Positions 29,703 through 38,913 of a stretch of 64,000 nt of DNA are shown here, piece after piece. The position numbers and the translations under genes were made by a program. The DNA lies in contig JBGAGQ010000003.1 in NCBI GenBank assembly GCA_044226625.1, forward strand, positions 156,190-220,189, given 5' to 3'. Origin of the DNA: Thermoanaerobaculia bacterium (lineage in GTDB: Bacteria; Acidobacteriota; Thermoanaerobaculia; Multivoradales; UBA5704). Under the pieces are notes generated by a model. It was not told the DNA's origin. It worked only from the letters and a program-made list of their open reading frames with translations, and did no database searches. Each line of letters opens with the position of its first letter. Position 1 is the first letter of the stretch.

Positions 29703-32211
29703 AGATCGAGGCCTCGGCGTCCTCCAGCTCCCCGAGCCGCCGGCCGTACCCGTGCTTCTCGATCAACCGCCGCGCCTCAGAAAGCGCCTCGCGGTCTTTG
29801 AACATCCGCCCGCGATAAAGCGCGACGTCGGCGAGATATAGCGGCATCGGCCCGCGGGAAGCGATCTCTTTTACCGCGGCCAGGTCCGCCCGCGAACCGG
29901 TTTCGTCGCCCTCGGCGAAACGAAGCCAGGCTCGTGTGAGGAGGCCTTTGGGGAGATGGGTTAGGTGATGCGCGTTGCGTAGGAGGTCAACGGACTTCTC
30001 TATATCCGGTCGCGCAGCATCGGCAATAGTGCCTTCCAAAACTGACTGGTAGAGGGCCAAGCGACCGAGGATCAGATGACCTACAGCGCGATCCAGTGGG
30101 GCTCCATAAACAGTTGCCCACCCTAACGCCTGCCTCGCCCGCTCCTCGACCTCTACCAAGCCTGCCGTAAAGCCTTCCCGAGACTCGCCACGAGCTGCGG
30201 CTCGCTCGGCCTCGCCGAGAAGGAGGACGCAATACCGGAAGCCCTGGAACGAGTAAAGCCGGGGAAAACCGTTTTCCCTCTTGCTCTGAAGGGTCTCGGC
30301 TTCGACGAATAGTGCCTCCGCCTCTTTCCGTCGTCCCAACTGGTGAAGACTGTCAGCCAGTGTCGAGCGAACTACAATTCTCAGGAACGGATCCGCGCTG
30401 CGGTCGGCCAAGGTGACACAACGCTGGGCCTCAGACATCGCTGCCAGCAACTCGCCCCTATCGAGCTCTAGTCGAATGAGGTTGCTAGCCGCTGCCGCCG
30501 CGTTCTTCCACTCACCTTTTCTCTCATTTGCCTTCAGGGTAGCCCGAATCGGATCCGCCGCTTCCGTGAGCCGACCCAAGGCTTGTAACTGAATAGAAGC
30601 CTCATTGAGCAACCAAAACTGGGCGGTCTCAGACAACAGGGACACCGTCGAAAACCAGGGAGTTTCGAAGAAATAGGCGAGCGCTCCCAGGTTCGATCCG
30701 AACGCGCCAAGCTTTCTCCAGCTAAAGAAGCCATCCGCCCCGGTGCCGCGCAGAACGCGGTCCCGATAGATTCCGGCGCGCGCCTCCTCATACCGCCCCG
30801 CCAGACAGCCGTGGGCCACAGCCTGATAAAGGGGCTGAAGGCCTTCGAGGGTGTCGGGCCAATGCTTCGTCGAGTCCCGCAGATGCTCGAACAGACGGCT
30901 GTGCGCGTCTCGCCATACCTCCTCATGCCTCTCGCGGAGCTGCTTGGCAAAGTACTCCCGGACGAGCGGATGGGCATCGAGCGCGCCGTCGTCGCGCTTG
31001 GAGAGGAGCTTCCGATAGGCGAGCTTCGTGACCGCGAGGTTCCATTGTGCGTCGGAGATTCCTACGAGAGGATCGGTCAGGCCCAGGATGACTGGATCGC
31101 GCCGCAATGCTGCAATGCAGCCGGGGTCGGCGGGCCGATCGAACAAGCCGAGCAGGCGAAGGATGGCGAGCTGGCGCTCGCCCGCTGCATTTTCCCCGCC
31201 CAGCCAGTTTTCGTACGTCGCGATGGCGCGGAATGCATGGCCGTTCTGCCGCTCGCGGTTCGCCTCCTCCAGCTCCACGAGATCGAGCTTCCGAACGTCC
31301 CCCTCGTACGCCTCATGGAGATAGGAGCCGAGGACGTCCAAGGTCAGCGCGTGGCCGTCCATCTCCTCGACCAACTCCTCCAACTCTTTTTGCGTCCCTA
31401 TCACACCGAGCTTCCGGAGCAGCGCCACGCCGGCCGTCGTGCTCAACCGATCCAGGGTCCATTCGAGAAACCGCGTGCCGCGGTAGGCGTTGAGGTGCTC
31501 CGCGATTTTCTCCCGAGTCGTCACGACGCACAGCCCGGGGTTGCTCCCCGCGATACCCTTGAGCAGCGCCTCTAGGCCCGGGTCTTTGAGCTGCCCCGCG
31601 AGCGGGCTCGATGCCGGGTATTGGAGCGGCTCCAGACCATCGAGGACCAACAGCGCTCTCCGCCGAGCGACGAATTCGGCGAGCTTGGAGCCCTTGTTCC
31701 ACGCGGAGACAGGGCTCTCCGCGAGCTTCTCTCCCTCCTCGCCTCCGAAGAACCGGAGCGCCTCGTTTACGAACGGCTCGCCGGTGGCGGCGCTCTGCTC
31801 TTTCGTGCCTTGGCTGTAGAACGACCAATCGAAGTAGTCCGCTCCGCCGAGATCCTTCCCCGCCGCCCATTTCGCGACCAGCGAGGTCTTACCCACGCCG
31901 CCCCAAGCGACCAGCGCCACGACGTGAATGCCGGGGCTCTCCCACGCGGCGTCGAGCCGCGCCAGGTCGATTTCACGCCCGAACAGCTCTTCAGCCACGT
32001 GGGTGAGGCGGGTGGTGGCGATCTTCGGCGGGACGGCAAGCGGGAGTGGTGCGGCAGGTGCGGGCGGAGGATAGATCGTTACGTCGCCGTAAACGTTGCC
32101 ACCGACCGAAACTCCGTGATCGCCCGATGTGACCTGTCGCGAAGCCGGAATCTCCTCCGGCCTCTCCGATTCCGCCTTCGGCGGCGGTCCTTGGCTCTTG
32201 CCTTCGCTCAA
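29701..32211 (-). CDS. STAND/NB-ARC-like ATPase with wHTH and TPR sensor, no enzymatic effector domain
   Basis: Walker A WGGVGKT, Walker B LLVLDGLE, GHALTL, DAHPLVREY, helical repeats; TTG start. Confidence 0.85.
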   Translation of the reverse strand: MSEGKSQGPPPKAESERPEEIPASRQVTSGDHGVSVGGNVYGDVTIYPPPAPAAPLPLAVPPKIATTRLTHVAEELFGREIDLARLDAAWESPGIHVVALVAWGGVGKTSLVAKWAAGKDLGGADYFDWSFYSQGTKEQSAATGEPFVNEALRFFGGEEGEKLAESPVSAWNKGSKLAEFVARRRALLVLDGLEPLQYPASSPLAGQLKDPGLEALLKGIAGSNPGLCVVTTREKIAEHLNAYRGTRFLEWTLDRLSTTAGVALLRKLGVIGTQKELEELVEEMDGHALTLDVLGSYLHEAYEGDVRKLDLVELEEANRERQNGHAFRAIATYENWLGGENAAGERQLAILRLLGLFDRPADPGCIAALRRDPVILGLTDPLVGISDAQWNLAVTKLAYRKLLSKRDDGALDAHPLVREYFAKQLRERHEEVWRDAHSRLFEHLRDSTKHWPDTLEGLQPLYQAVAHGCLAGRYEEARAGIYRDRVLRGTGADGFFSWRKLGAFGSNLGALAYFFETPWFSTVSLLSETAQFWLLNEASIQLQALGRLTEAADPIRATLKANERKGEWKNAAAAASNLIRLELDRGELLAAMSEAQRCVTLADRSADPFLRIVVRSTLADSLHQLGRRKEAEALFVEAETLQSKRENGFPRLYSFQGFRYCVLLLGEAERAAARGESREGFTAGLVEVEERARQALGWATVYGAPLDRAVGHLILGRLALYQSVLEGTIADAARPDIEKSVDLLRNAHHLTHLPKGLLTRAWLRFAEGDETGSRADLAAVKEIASRGPMPLYLADVALYRGRMFKDREALSEARRLIEKHGYGRRLGELEDAEASI

Positions 32212-32280
32212 CGTGGCGCTCCGGGGGTCGGACTGGATGGCGGAGCGTCCAGGATATCGCTGAAATGGAACAAGGATCGG

Positions 32281-32366
32281 CCGGCCCTTCAGGCCTTGGA
32301 ATTGGATTTCGGTCCCCGAAACCCAGGCCGTTGGCCTGGGCTATTATGGAGCGGCCCTTCGGGCCT
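32281..32366. repeat. REP-like palindromic element
   Basis: GGCCCTTCAGGCC...CCCAGGCCGTTGGCCTGGGCTATTATGG..GGCCCTTCGGGCC; shares GGCTATTATGG and hairpin layout with 62145-62446. Confidence 0.7.
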
Positions 32367-32416
32367 CAAGAGCAGCGCCTCGAATAGCGACGTTCGAGGG
32401 TTCCAAATCGGTGCCC

Positions 32417-33550
32417 TCAGGCCCGTCGCCGGATCGCCGCTCCCGGCGTCTCCGGCTCGAGCGCCTTCAGGTACTGCCGGTCGAACGCCGCGAGCTGGCT
32501 TTCGAGCTCGGAGTAGGGGCCGGGTTCCCAAGCCTTCGAGGTGACCCCTTTGTAGGTGTTCGCGCAGAGATCCCAATCTTGGCGATTGGTGAGATCCCAG
32601 AAGTCGATCGCGGGTTGGGGATCGAAACCAGGGGCGGCGATCGCGTCGGGATGGAAATACCAATCGCAGAAGATCCGGGTGCGATCGATCGCGAGCGGTT
32701 GCGCGCGATGGATCAAAACGTAATCGGGATGGAACGATAGGAACGCGCTCGGGAAAACCGTGTAGTAATAGACGCGCCCCGCCTGCTCGGGCGAGAGGCC
32801 GGAGAACGGCACCGCGCACCGGCCGCCGCCGATGGTCATACTTCCGGACGGATCGGTCATCCACATCGGTCCGCCGAGGACCGGTCCTTCGTCGAGGTCG
32901 TTTTCCGTGTTGCGATACGGGGTGAGCTTGTTCAGGTGCGGGTGTACGCCTGGGCAGTGGTAACACTCGCTGTAGTTGTGGAAGAAAAGCTTCCAGTTCG
33001 ACTCGACCTCGTAGACCGTGGTGTGGACCGAGCGAAGCTCCGGCAGGCGCCACGCCTCGAACCGGCCGCCGAGCCCGGCGAGCGCTTGGTCGAACGGCAC
33101 CGCGTCCTCGGCGAGGTTCACGAAAAGCAGCCCTTGCCACTCGGCGAGCGCCACGGGTAGGAGCGACCAATCTCCGTTCTCGAATCCGTGGACGTCCGCC
33201 ATGCTCGGCGCCGCGCGGAGCGCGCCGTCCAGGCCGTAGGTCCAGGCGTGGTACGGGCAGACGATCGCCTTGCCCAACGTACCGCTCGGGTCACCGCACA
33301 GGCGGCTGCCGCGGTGGCGGCAGAGGTTGTGAAACGCGCGGACCTTGCCGTCCGTGCCGCGGATGACCAGCACGCTTTCGCGCGCGACGTCGAACCGGAA
33401 GAAGCTCCCCGGCGAGGCGAGCTGCGAGACGTGCCCGGCGAGCAGCCACGAGCGGGAAAAGATCCGCTCGCGCTCGAGGTCGAAGATCTCCATCGAGGCG
33501 AAATACTCACGGGACAGGGTGCGCTGACCGAAGGAGGTACGGGATTTCAT
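32417..33550 (-). CDS. Rieske non-heme iron oxygenase alpha subunit (GbcA/Stc2/CMO-like)
   Basis: CRHRG...CPYHAW Rieske motif, NWKL..NYSECYHCPGVH, QDWDLC. Confidence 0.92.
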   Translation of the reverse strand: MKSRTSFGQRTLSREYFASMEIFDLERERIFSRSWLLAGHVSQLASPGSFFRFDVARESVLVIRGTDGKVRAFHNLCRHRGSRLCGDPSGTLGKAIVCPYHAWTYGLDGALRAAPSMADVHGFENGDWSLLPVALAEWQGLLFVNLAEDAVPFDQALAGLGGRFEAWRLPELRSVHTTVYEVESNWKLFFHNYSECYHCPGVHPHLNKLTPYRNTENDLDEGPVLGGPMWMTDPSGSMTIGGGRCAVPFSGLSPEQAGRVYYYTVFPSAFLSFHPDYVLIHRAQPLAIDRTRIFCDWYFHPDAIAAPGFDPQPAIDFWDLTNRQDWDLCANTYKGVTSKAWEPGPYSELESQLAAFDRQYLKALEPETPGAAIRRRA

Positions 33551-33646
33551 GGCGGCCCTCGAGAATGGAGGCCCAGTTTAGCATCCGGCTTGCGCCCGCC
33601 TGGAGGCCAGGTGATAGTCTTCGCCCGCCTTTCCGGGGCCTTTCTG

Positions 33647-34795
33647 ATGCCGATTCCTTCGCCGTTCCACGAGCGCACGTTCCCTTTGTGCACCAGCTAC
33701 CGCTGGAAGGACTGGGCGGGCTATTGCGCCGTGTCGAGCTACGACACTTCGCACGAACGCGAGTACTTCGCGTTCCGCGAGGCGGCCGGCCTGCTCGACG
33801 TCACTCCCCTCTACAAATATGAAGTGGTCTCGAAGCTCAAGGCCGGCCGGGTCGCCTACACCTGCTGGTGCGACGACGGCGGCAAGGTCGTCGACGACGG
33901 TACGGTCGCGCGCCTCGAAGACGAGCACTTCCGCGTCACCGCGGCCGATCCGTCGCTCCATTGGCTGACCGCGCTCTCCCGCGGCTACGACGTGCGAATC
34001 GAGGATTCGAGCACGCGGCTCGCGGCGCTCGCGCTTCAAGGGCCCCTGTCGCGCGACGTCCTGAAGAGCGCCACGACCGGCGCCGACCTCGACCGGCTCA
34101 AGTTCTTCGGCGTGACGCAAGCGAAGCTCGGCTCGATGCCGATCTGGATCAGCCGCACCGGCTATACCGGCGACCTCGGTTACGAGATCTGGGTCGATCG
34201 GGAGCAGGCGCTCCCCACCTGGGACGCGCTGATCGAGTCCGGCCGCCCGTACGGCATCGAGCCCGCCGGCCTCGACGCGCTCGACGTGGCGCGGGTGGAG
34301 GCGGGCTTCATCCTCCTCGGCAACGACTACTTCAGCGCGAAGAAAGTCGTGCTCGAATCGCGCAAGTCGACGCCGCACGAGCTCGGGTTCGGCTGGATGG
34401 TCGACCTCACCCGCGGCAACTTCATCGGCCGCGACGCGATCGAGGCGGAGACGAAGCGCGGCTCGATCTGGCAGCTCGTGGGGCTGGAGATCAGCTGGGA
34501 GGAGCTCGAGGCGCTCTACGCGAGCTTCGACCTGCCGCCGAGCCTGCCGGTCACCGCGCGGCGCGACGCCCTGCCGGTCTACGCCGAGGACGGCCGCCAG
34601 ATCGGCCAGGCGACCAGCCACACCTGGTCGCCGATCCTCAAGAAATATCTCGCGATCGCCTCGGTGCATCGCGGCTTCGAAACGCTCGGCGGCAAGCTCG
34701 CGATCGAGCACACCGTCGAGTACGAGCGGCGCCAGGTGACGGCGACGGTCGCGAAGCTCCCCTTCTACGACCCCGAAAGGAAGAAGAAGCCGTGA
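33647..34795 (+). CDS. GcvT-family (folate-binding) aminomethyltransferase-like protein with apparent internal deletion
   Basis: REAAGLLDVTPL, DDGTV, ALQGP, SRTGYTGDLGYEI, RVEAG, PFYDP. Confidence 0.88.
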   Translation: MPIPSPFHERTFPLCTSYRWKDWAGYCAVSSYDTSHEREYFAFREAAGLLDVTPLYKYEVVSKLKAGRVAYTCWCDDGGKVVDDGTVARLEDEHFRVTAADPSLHWLTALSRGYDVRIEDSSTRLAALALQGPLSRDVLKSATTGADLDRLKFFGVTQAKLGSMPIWISRTGYTGDLGYEIWVDREQALPTWDALIESGRPYGIEPAGLDALDVARVEAGFILLGNDYFSAKKVVLESRKSTPHELGFGWMVDLTRGNFIGRDAIEAETKRGSIWQLVGLEISWEELEALYASFDLPPSLPVTARRDALPVYAEDGRQIGQATSHTWSPILKKYLAIASVHRGFETLGGKLAIEHTVEYERRQVTATVAKLPFYDPERKKKP

Positions 34796-36348
34796 GCGCT
34801 TCGCGATACGACGCAATCGTCGTGGGGGCCGGCCACAATGGGCTGGTCTGCGCGGCCTATCTCGCCAAGGCGGGCCGGAAAGTGCTGGTCCTCGAGCGGC
34901 GCCATCAGGTGGGCGGCGCCACCACCAGCGAGGAGATCTACCCCGGCTTTACCTATACCTGCTGCTCCTACGTCGTCTCGCTGCTCCGGCCGTGGATCAT
35001 CCGCGACCTCGACCTGCCGCGTTTCGGCTACGAGATCCTGCCGCTCGAATCGACGATCACGCCGTTCCCCGACGGCCGGTATCTCATGCGCGACGCCGAT
35101 CCCGAGCGGACGCGCCGATCGATCGCGAAGTTCTCGCCCAAAGACGCCGAGGTCTACAAGCGGTTCGGCCAGGAGATGGCCGAGCTCGGCCGGCTGATCA
35201 AGCCGCTGATCGACGAGGCGGCGCCCGATCCCCTGTCCCGCGACCCGCGCGAGCTGCTGCGCCTCGGGCGCCTGGCGAAACAGCTGCGAGGCCAGGGCGA
35301 AGAGTGGCTCTACGCGAACGTCAAGATGATGACGATGAGCGCTGTCGACTTCCTCTCGGAGCGCTTCGAGAGCGAGGAGCTGATCGCGCCGATGGCGATC
35401 TCCGGGATCATCGGCACGTTCCTGGGCATCCGCTCGCCGGGCACCGCCTACGTGCTCCTCCACCACTACATGGGCGAGATCGACGGCAGCTTCCGCGCCT
35501 GGGGCCTCGCCGATTCCGCCCGCGCGCTCGGGGTGGAGATCCGCACCGAGGCGCCCGTCGCCCGGCTGCTGATGAAGGGCGGCAAGGCCGCGGGCGTGGT
35601 GCTCCAGAACGGCGACGAGATCCTGGCGAAGCAGGTGGTCTCCGGGCTCGATCCGAACCGCACGTTCCTGAAGCTCGTCGGCGAGGAGAACCTCGATCCG
35701 GAGATCGTCCAGCAGGTCAAGCGCTTCAAGATGCGCGGCTCCTCCGGCAAGGTGAACCTGGCGCTCGACGGACTGCCCGACCTCGCCTGCCTGCCGGGTC
35801 CGGGGCCGCATTTGACGGGCGGCATCACGATCGCGCCGTCGATCGATTACCTGGAGCGCGCCTACGACGAGGCGAAGTACGGCGCCTTCTCGAAGAAGCC
35901 GTTCATGGACATCCTGATCCCGTCGCTCACCGATCCGTCGGTGGCGCCGCCGGGCAAGCACACGATGTCGATTTTCGTCCAATACGCCCCCTATCACCTC
36001 AAGGAAGGCGCGGCCGACTGGCCGAACCAGCGCGAGGCGTTTGGCGACGCGGTCATCGACACGCTGTCGGAGTACATGCCGAACCTGAAGGAGCGCATCC
36101 TCCACCGGCAGGTGCTCTCGCCCTGGGATCTCGAACAGATCTACGGCCTCACCGAGGGGAACATCTTCCACGGTGAGCTGTCGCTCGAGCAGCTCGCGTT
36201 CCTCCGGCCGATGGCCGGCTGGAGCCGCTACAAGACTCCCGTCGACAACCTCTGGATGTGCGCGTCGGGGACCCACCCCGGCGGCGGCATCATGGGCGCG
36301 CCCGGCGCGCTCTGCGCGCGGACCATGCTCGGCAAGAGGGCGGTCTGA
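34792..36348 (+). CDS. CrtI/phytoene-dehydrogenase-like FAD oxidoreductase 1
   Basis: GTGA overlap; GAGHNGL, LERRHQVGGA, GNIFHGEL, GTHPGGGIMG. Confidence 0.9.
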   Translation: MSASRYDAIVVGAGHNGLVCAAYLAKAGRKVLVLERRHQVGGATTSEEIYPGFTYTCCSYVVSLLRPWIIRDLDLPRFGYEILPLESTITPFPDGRYLMRDADPERTRRSIAKFSPKDAEVYKRFGQEMAELGRLIKPLIDEAAPDPLSRDPRELLRLGRLAKQLRGQGEEWLYANVKMMTMSAVDFLSERFESEELIAPMAISGIIGTFLGIRSPGTAYVLLHHYMGEIDGSFRAWGLADSARALGVEIRTEAPVARLLMKGGKAAGVVLQNGDEILAKQVVSGLDPNRTFLKLVGEENLDPEIVQQVKRFKMRGSSGKVNLALDGLPDLACLPGPGPHLTGGITIAPSIDYLERAYDEAKYGAFSKKPFMDILIPSLTDPSVAPPGKHTMSIFVQYAPYHLKEGAADWPNQREAFGDAVIDTLSEYMPNLKERILHRQVLSPWDLEQIYGLTEGNIFHGELSLEQLAFLRPMAGWSRYKTPVDNLWMCASGTHPGGGIMGAPGALCARTMLGKRAV

Positions 36349-37907
36349 TGAGCCGGTCCGGAGCGTTCGACGCGATCGTCCTCGGAGCCGGTCCGAACGG
36401 CCTCGCCGCCGCGACCCGCCTGGCCCAGAAAGGGCGGAAGGTGTTGGTCGTCGAGCGCGCCGACGCCGTCGGCGGCCTTTCGGCGCGGCACGAGTTCCAC
36501 CCGGGCTACGCCGTCTCCGGCATCCTTCACGACGAAGGTTTGACCACACGCGCAACGGCGGAGACGCTCGGCCTCGGCGGCCACGGCCTCAAATTCCGCA
36601 AAGCCCCGGCGACCTTCCTCGCGGAGGCGGACGGAGCGGGGCTCCTTCTCCCCGGTGATGACGCGGGCGACGCCGCGGCGATCGGTCGGCGATCGGCGAA
36701 GGACGGCGAGAGCTACGCGGCGATGCGCGCGTTTCTCACGCGGATCACGCCGCTCGTCGCCTCGATTCTGTCCGAGCCTCCGCCGCCGATCTCCCCGACC
36801 TCCGCGGGCGACCTCTGGCAGATCGCCAAGCGCGGTCTGTCGCTCTTCCGGATCGACAAGAAGGACCTCCTTGAGCTCGCGCGCGTGGCGCCGATGTGCG
36901 TGGCGGACTATCTGAACGAACGGTTCGAGACGCCGCTCCTCGTCGAAGCGTTCGCGGCCCCGGCGGTCGCCGCCACCTGGTCCGGCCCCTGGTCGGCCGG
37001 GACGACGACGAACTTCCTGCTCCGCGAATGCGCGGGCGGCGAGGCGATCCAGGGGGGCCCGCCAGCCCTCATCGCGGCGCTCCTCGCCGCGGCCCGCGCG
37101 GCGGGTGCGGAGATCCGTACGGGCGCCGAGGTCGCGCGCATCCGGTTGGAAGGCGGGAAAGTCCGCGGCGTGGCGCTCGCTTCCGGCGAGACGATCGACG
37201 CGGGCGTCGTCCTCTCCTCCGCCGATCCGAAGCGGACGATGCTCGACCTGCTCGCGCCGGGCACCCTGCCGCTCAAGATCGAAGAGGAGTTCCTGAACGT
37301 CCGCGCCCGCGGCACGGCGGCGAAGGTCCACCTCGCCCTCTCGGGTCCGCTCGAATGGAAGGGTGATGCCGGTGATTCCGGCAGTGCCGAGCAGATCCGC
37401 ATCGGCGGCGGCCACGTCGACGACCTGGAGCGCGCCTTCGACGCGATCAAGTATCGACGTTTCTCCGAGCGGCCGAACCTGGAGATCCGCATCCCCACGC
37501 TCGCCGATCCGAGCCTCGCGCCCGCCGGCCACCACACCGCCTCGATCCTCGCGAGCTTCGCCCCACGCAATCTCGACGGCGGCTGGACCGACGCCGCGCG
37601 GGAGAGCTTCGGAGACGCGGTCCTCGCCGTCCTCGAGCGCCACGCCCCGAACCTCCGCCACGTCCTCGTCGCGCGGGAAGTCCTCACCCCCGCCGACCTC
37701 GAATCGCGTTTCGCCCTCTCCGGAGGCCAACTCCACCACGGAGAAATCGCCCTCGACCAGCTCCTCGTCATGCGCCCCGGCCCCTCCGCGCCGCGCTACG
37801 CGACGACGGTCCCCGGGCTGTATCTGGGAGGAGCCGGCAGTCACCCCGGCGGCGGCGTACGGATCACGGCGGGGGTGCTGGCGGCGGAGGCGGTGCTGGG
37901 GGGTTGA
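36348..37907 (+). CDS. CrtI/phytoene-dehydrogenase-like FAD oxidoreductase 2
   Basis: TGATG overlap; GAGPNGL, GGQLHHGE, GSHPGGG. Confidence 0.9.
   Translation: MSRSGAFDAIVLGAGPNGLAAATRLAQKGRKVLVVERADAVGGLSARHEFHPGYAVSGILHDEGLTTRATAETLGLGGHGLKFRKAPATFLAEADGAGLLLPGDDAGDAAAIGRRSAKDGESYAAMRAFLTRITPLVASILSEPPPPISPTSAGDLWQIAKRGLSLFRIDKKDLLELARVAPMCVADYLNERFETPLLVEAFAAPAVAATWSGPWSAGTTTNFLLRECAGGEAIQGGPPALIAALLAAARAAGAEIRTGAEVARIRLEGGKVRGVALASGETIDAGVVLSSADPKRTMLDLLAPGTLPLKIEEEFLNVRARGTAAKVHLALSGPLEWKGDAGDSGSAEQIRIGGGHVDDLERAFDAIKYRRFSERPNLEIRIPTLADPSLAPAGHHTASILASFAPRNLDGGWTDAARESFGDAVLAVLERHAPNLRHVLVAREVLTPADLESRFALSGGQLHHGEIALDQLLVMRPGPSAPRYATTVPGLYLGGAGSHPGGGVRITAGVLAAEAVLGG
37847..37895 (+). 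repeat. Direct repeat copy 1 (3' end of oxidoreductase 2)
   Basis: CGGCGGCGGCGnnnGGATCACGGCGGGGGTGYTGGCGGCGGAGGCGGTG recurs at 41127-41175. Confidence 0.9.
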
Positions 37908-37982
37908 GCGGATCGGGCAGGTGGCTGGTTGAGGCAGATCAGCCCACACCAGAGTGTTAGAATCCACCCGAAGAGGTGGATT

Positions 37983-38150
37983 ATGACCATCACACTAGAG
38001 CTGTTCACCGAACAAGAGAAGCACCTACGGACTGGGGCCGTCCAGCACGACCCGCAAATCGTGCGCGAGGTTCTGCTCCAAGCGATTGATTCACCCACTT
38101 TGTTGGATGAAGCGGTTTCCCGGGCCGGGATCTACGCCGATCATCCCTGA
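37983..38150 (+). pseudogene. Antitoxin-like remnant
   Basis: GAGGTGG RBS, TGTTAGAAT extended -10; MTITLEL... and ...DEAVSRAGIYADHP resemble the two ends of a VapB-type antitoxin with the middle missing. Confidence 0.45.
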
Positions 38151-38178
38151 CCTCCGTTGCATGCAAATGTATTGATTA

Positions 38179-38913
38179 GTGGCAAGCTTGGGGATAATGA
38201 ATACCGTCTCGCTGGCAAAAGCGCTCAACACGATTAGAAGCAACGGATGGGTGCTAGTAGAGTGCGAGGAAACCCCCGCAGGCCTCCTAGATCTTGCCTG
38301 CTCGTTTGGAGAACCCGTCGCTGCACCTGGGCGCCCCATCGTTCAGGTACTCCGCCCGAACTTCGAGTGCACTGCGCGGCCAAACACCACGAGCGCAATA
38401 CACGGCCTGCGGGCCTTCCCTCCTCATACCGACTTCGCGCATTGGCCAGTTCCACCGCGCCTCCTCTTCTTCCGCAGCATCGGCAGGCCTTCAAAGACAC
38501 CTACACTACTCCTTAGTTTTTCCAAGGTTCGGTTTGATGAAAGGTTCGGTGGGGATTGGCGCCGTGCTGTTTGGCAGGTCAGGAGGATTCGGCGCAACTT
38601 TCTCTGTTCCGCCGCCTTCGAAACCGCTAGGGGAGAGGGCTACCGGTGGGACTCAGATGTGATGATTCCCTATGGCGAGTTAGCTGAACGAGTTGCTCCT
38701 GAATTCTCGCGCGCTCTTGAGGTCGCACTCCACCGCGACAGCGAGGCGATTCACTGGAAGACGCGAAGCGCCGCACTTATTGTTGACAATTGGCGTACTC
38801 TTCACGCTAGAACAGCTGTGGCAAGCGTGGACAATGATCGCGCACTTGAGCGGATTGCCATTATGGAGATACAATTAGGTGAAGCCCAATCCCCAATCTC
38901 TTTGGACACATGA
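38179..38913 (+). CDS. TauD/TfdA-family Fe(II)/2-oxoglutarate dioxygenase
   Basis: PPHTD (HxD) and LIVDNWRTLHAR (distal His + Arg); AT-richer DNA; start may be ATG 38197. Confidence 0.8.
   Translation: MASLGIMNTVSLAKALNTIRSNGWVLVECEETPAGLLDLACSFGEPVAAPGRPIVQVLRPNFECTARPNTTSAIHGLRAFPPHTDFAHWPVPPRLLFFRSIGRPSKTPTLLLSFSKVRFDERFGGDWRRAVWQVRRIRRNFLCSAAFETARGEGYRWDSDVMIPYGELAERVAPEFSRALEVALHRDSEAIHWKTRSAALIVDNWRTLHARTAVASVDNDRALERIAIMEIQLGEAQSPISLDT

Noticed and set aside
34792-37907. Carotenoid biosynthesis (crtI/crtO)
   Set aside because: No crtB, crtE or crtY nearby; context is GcvT and Rieske
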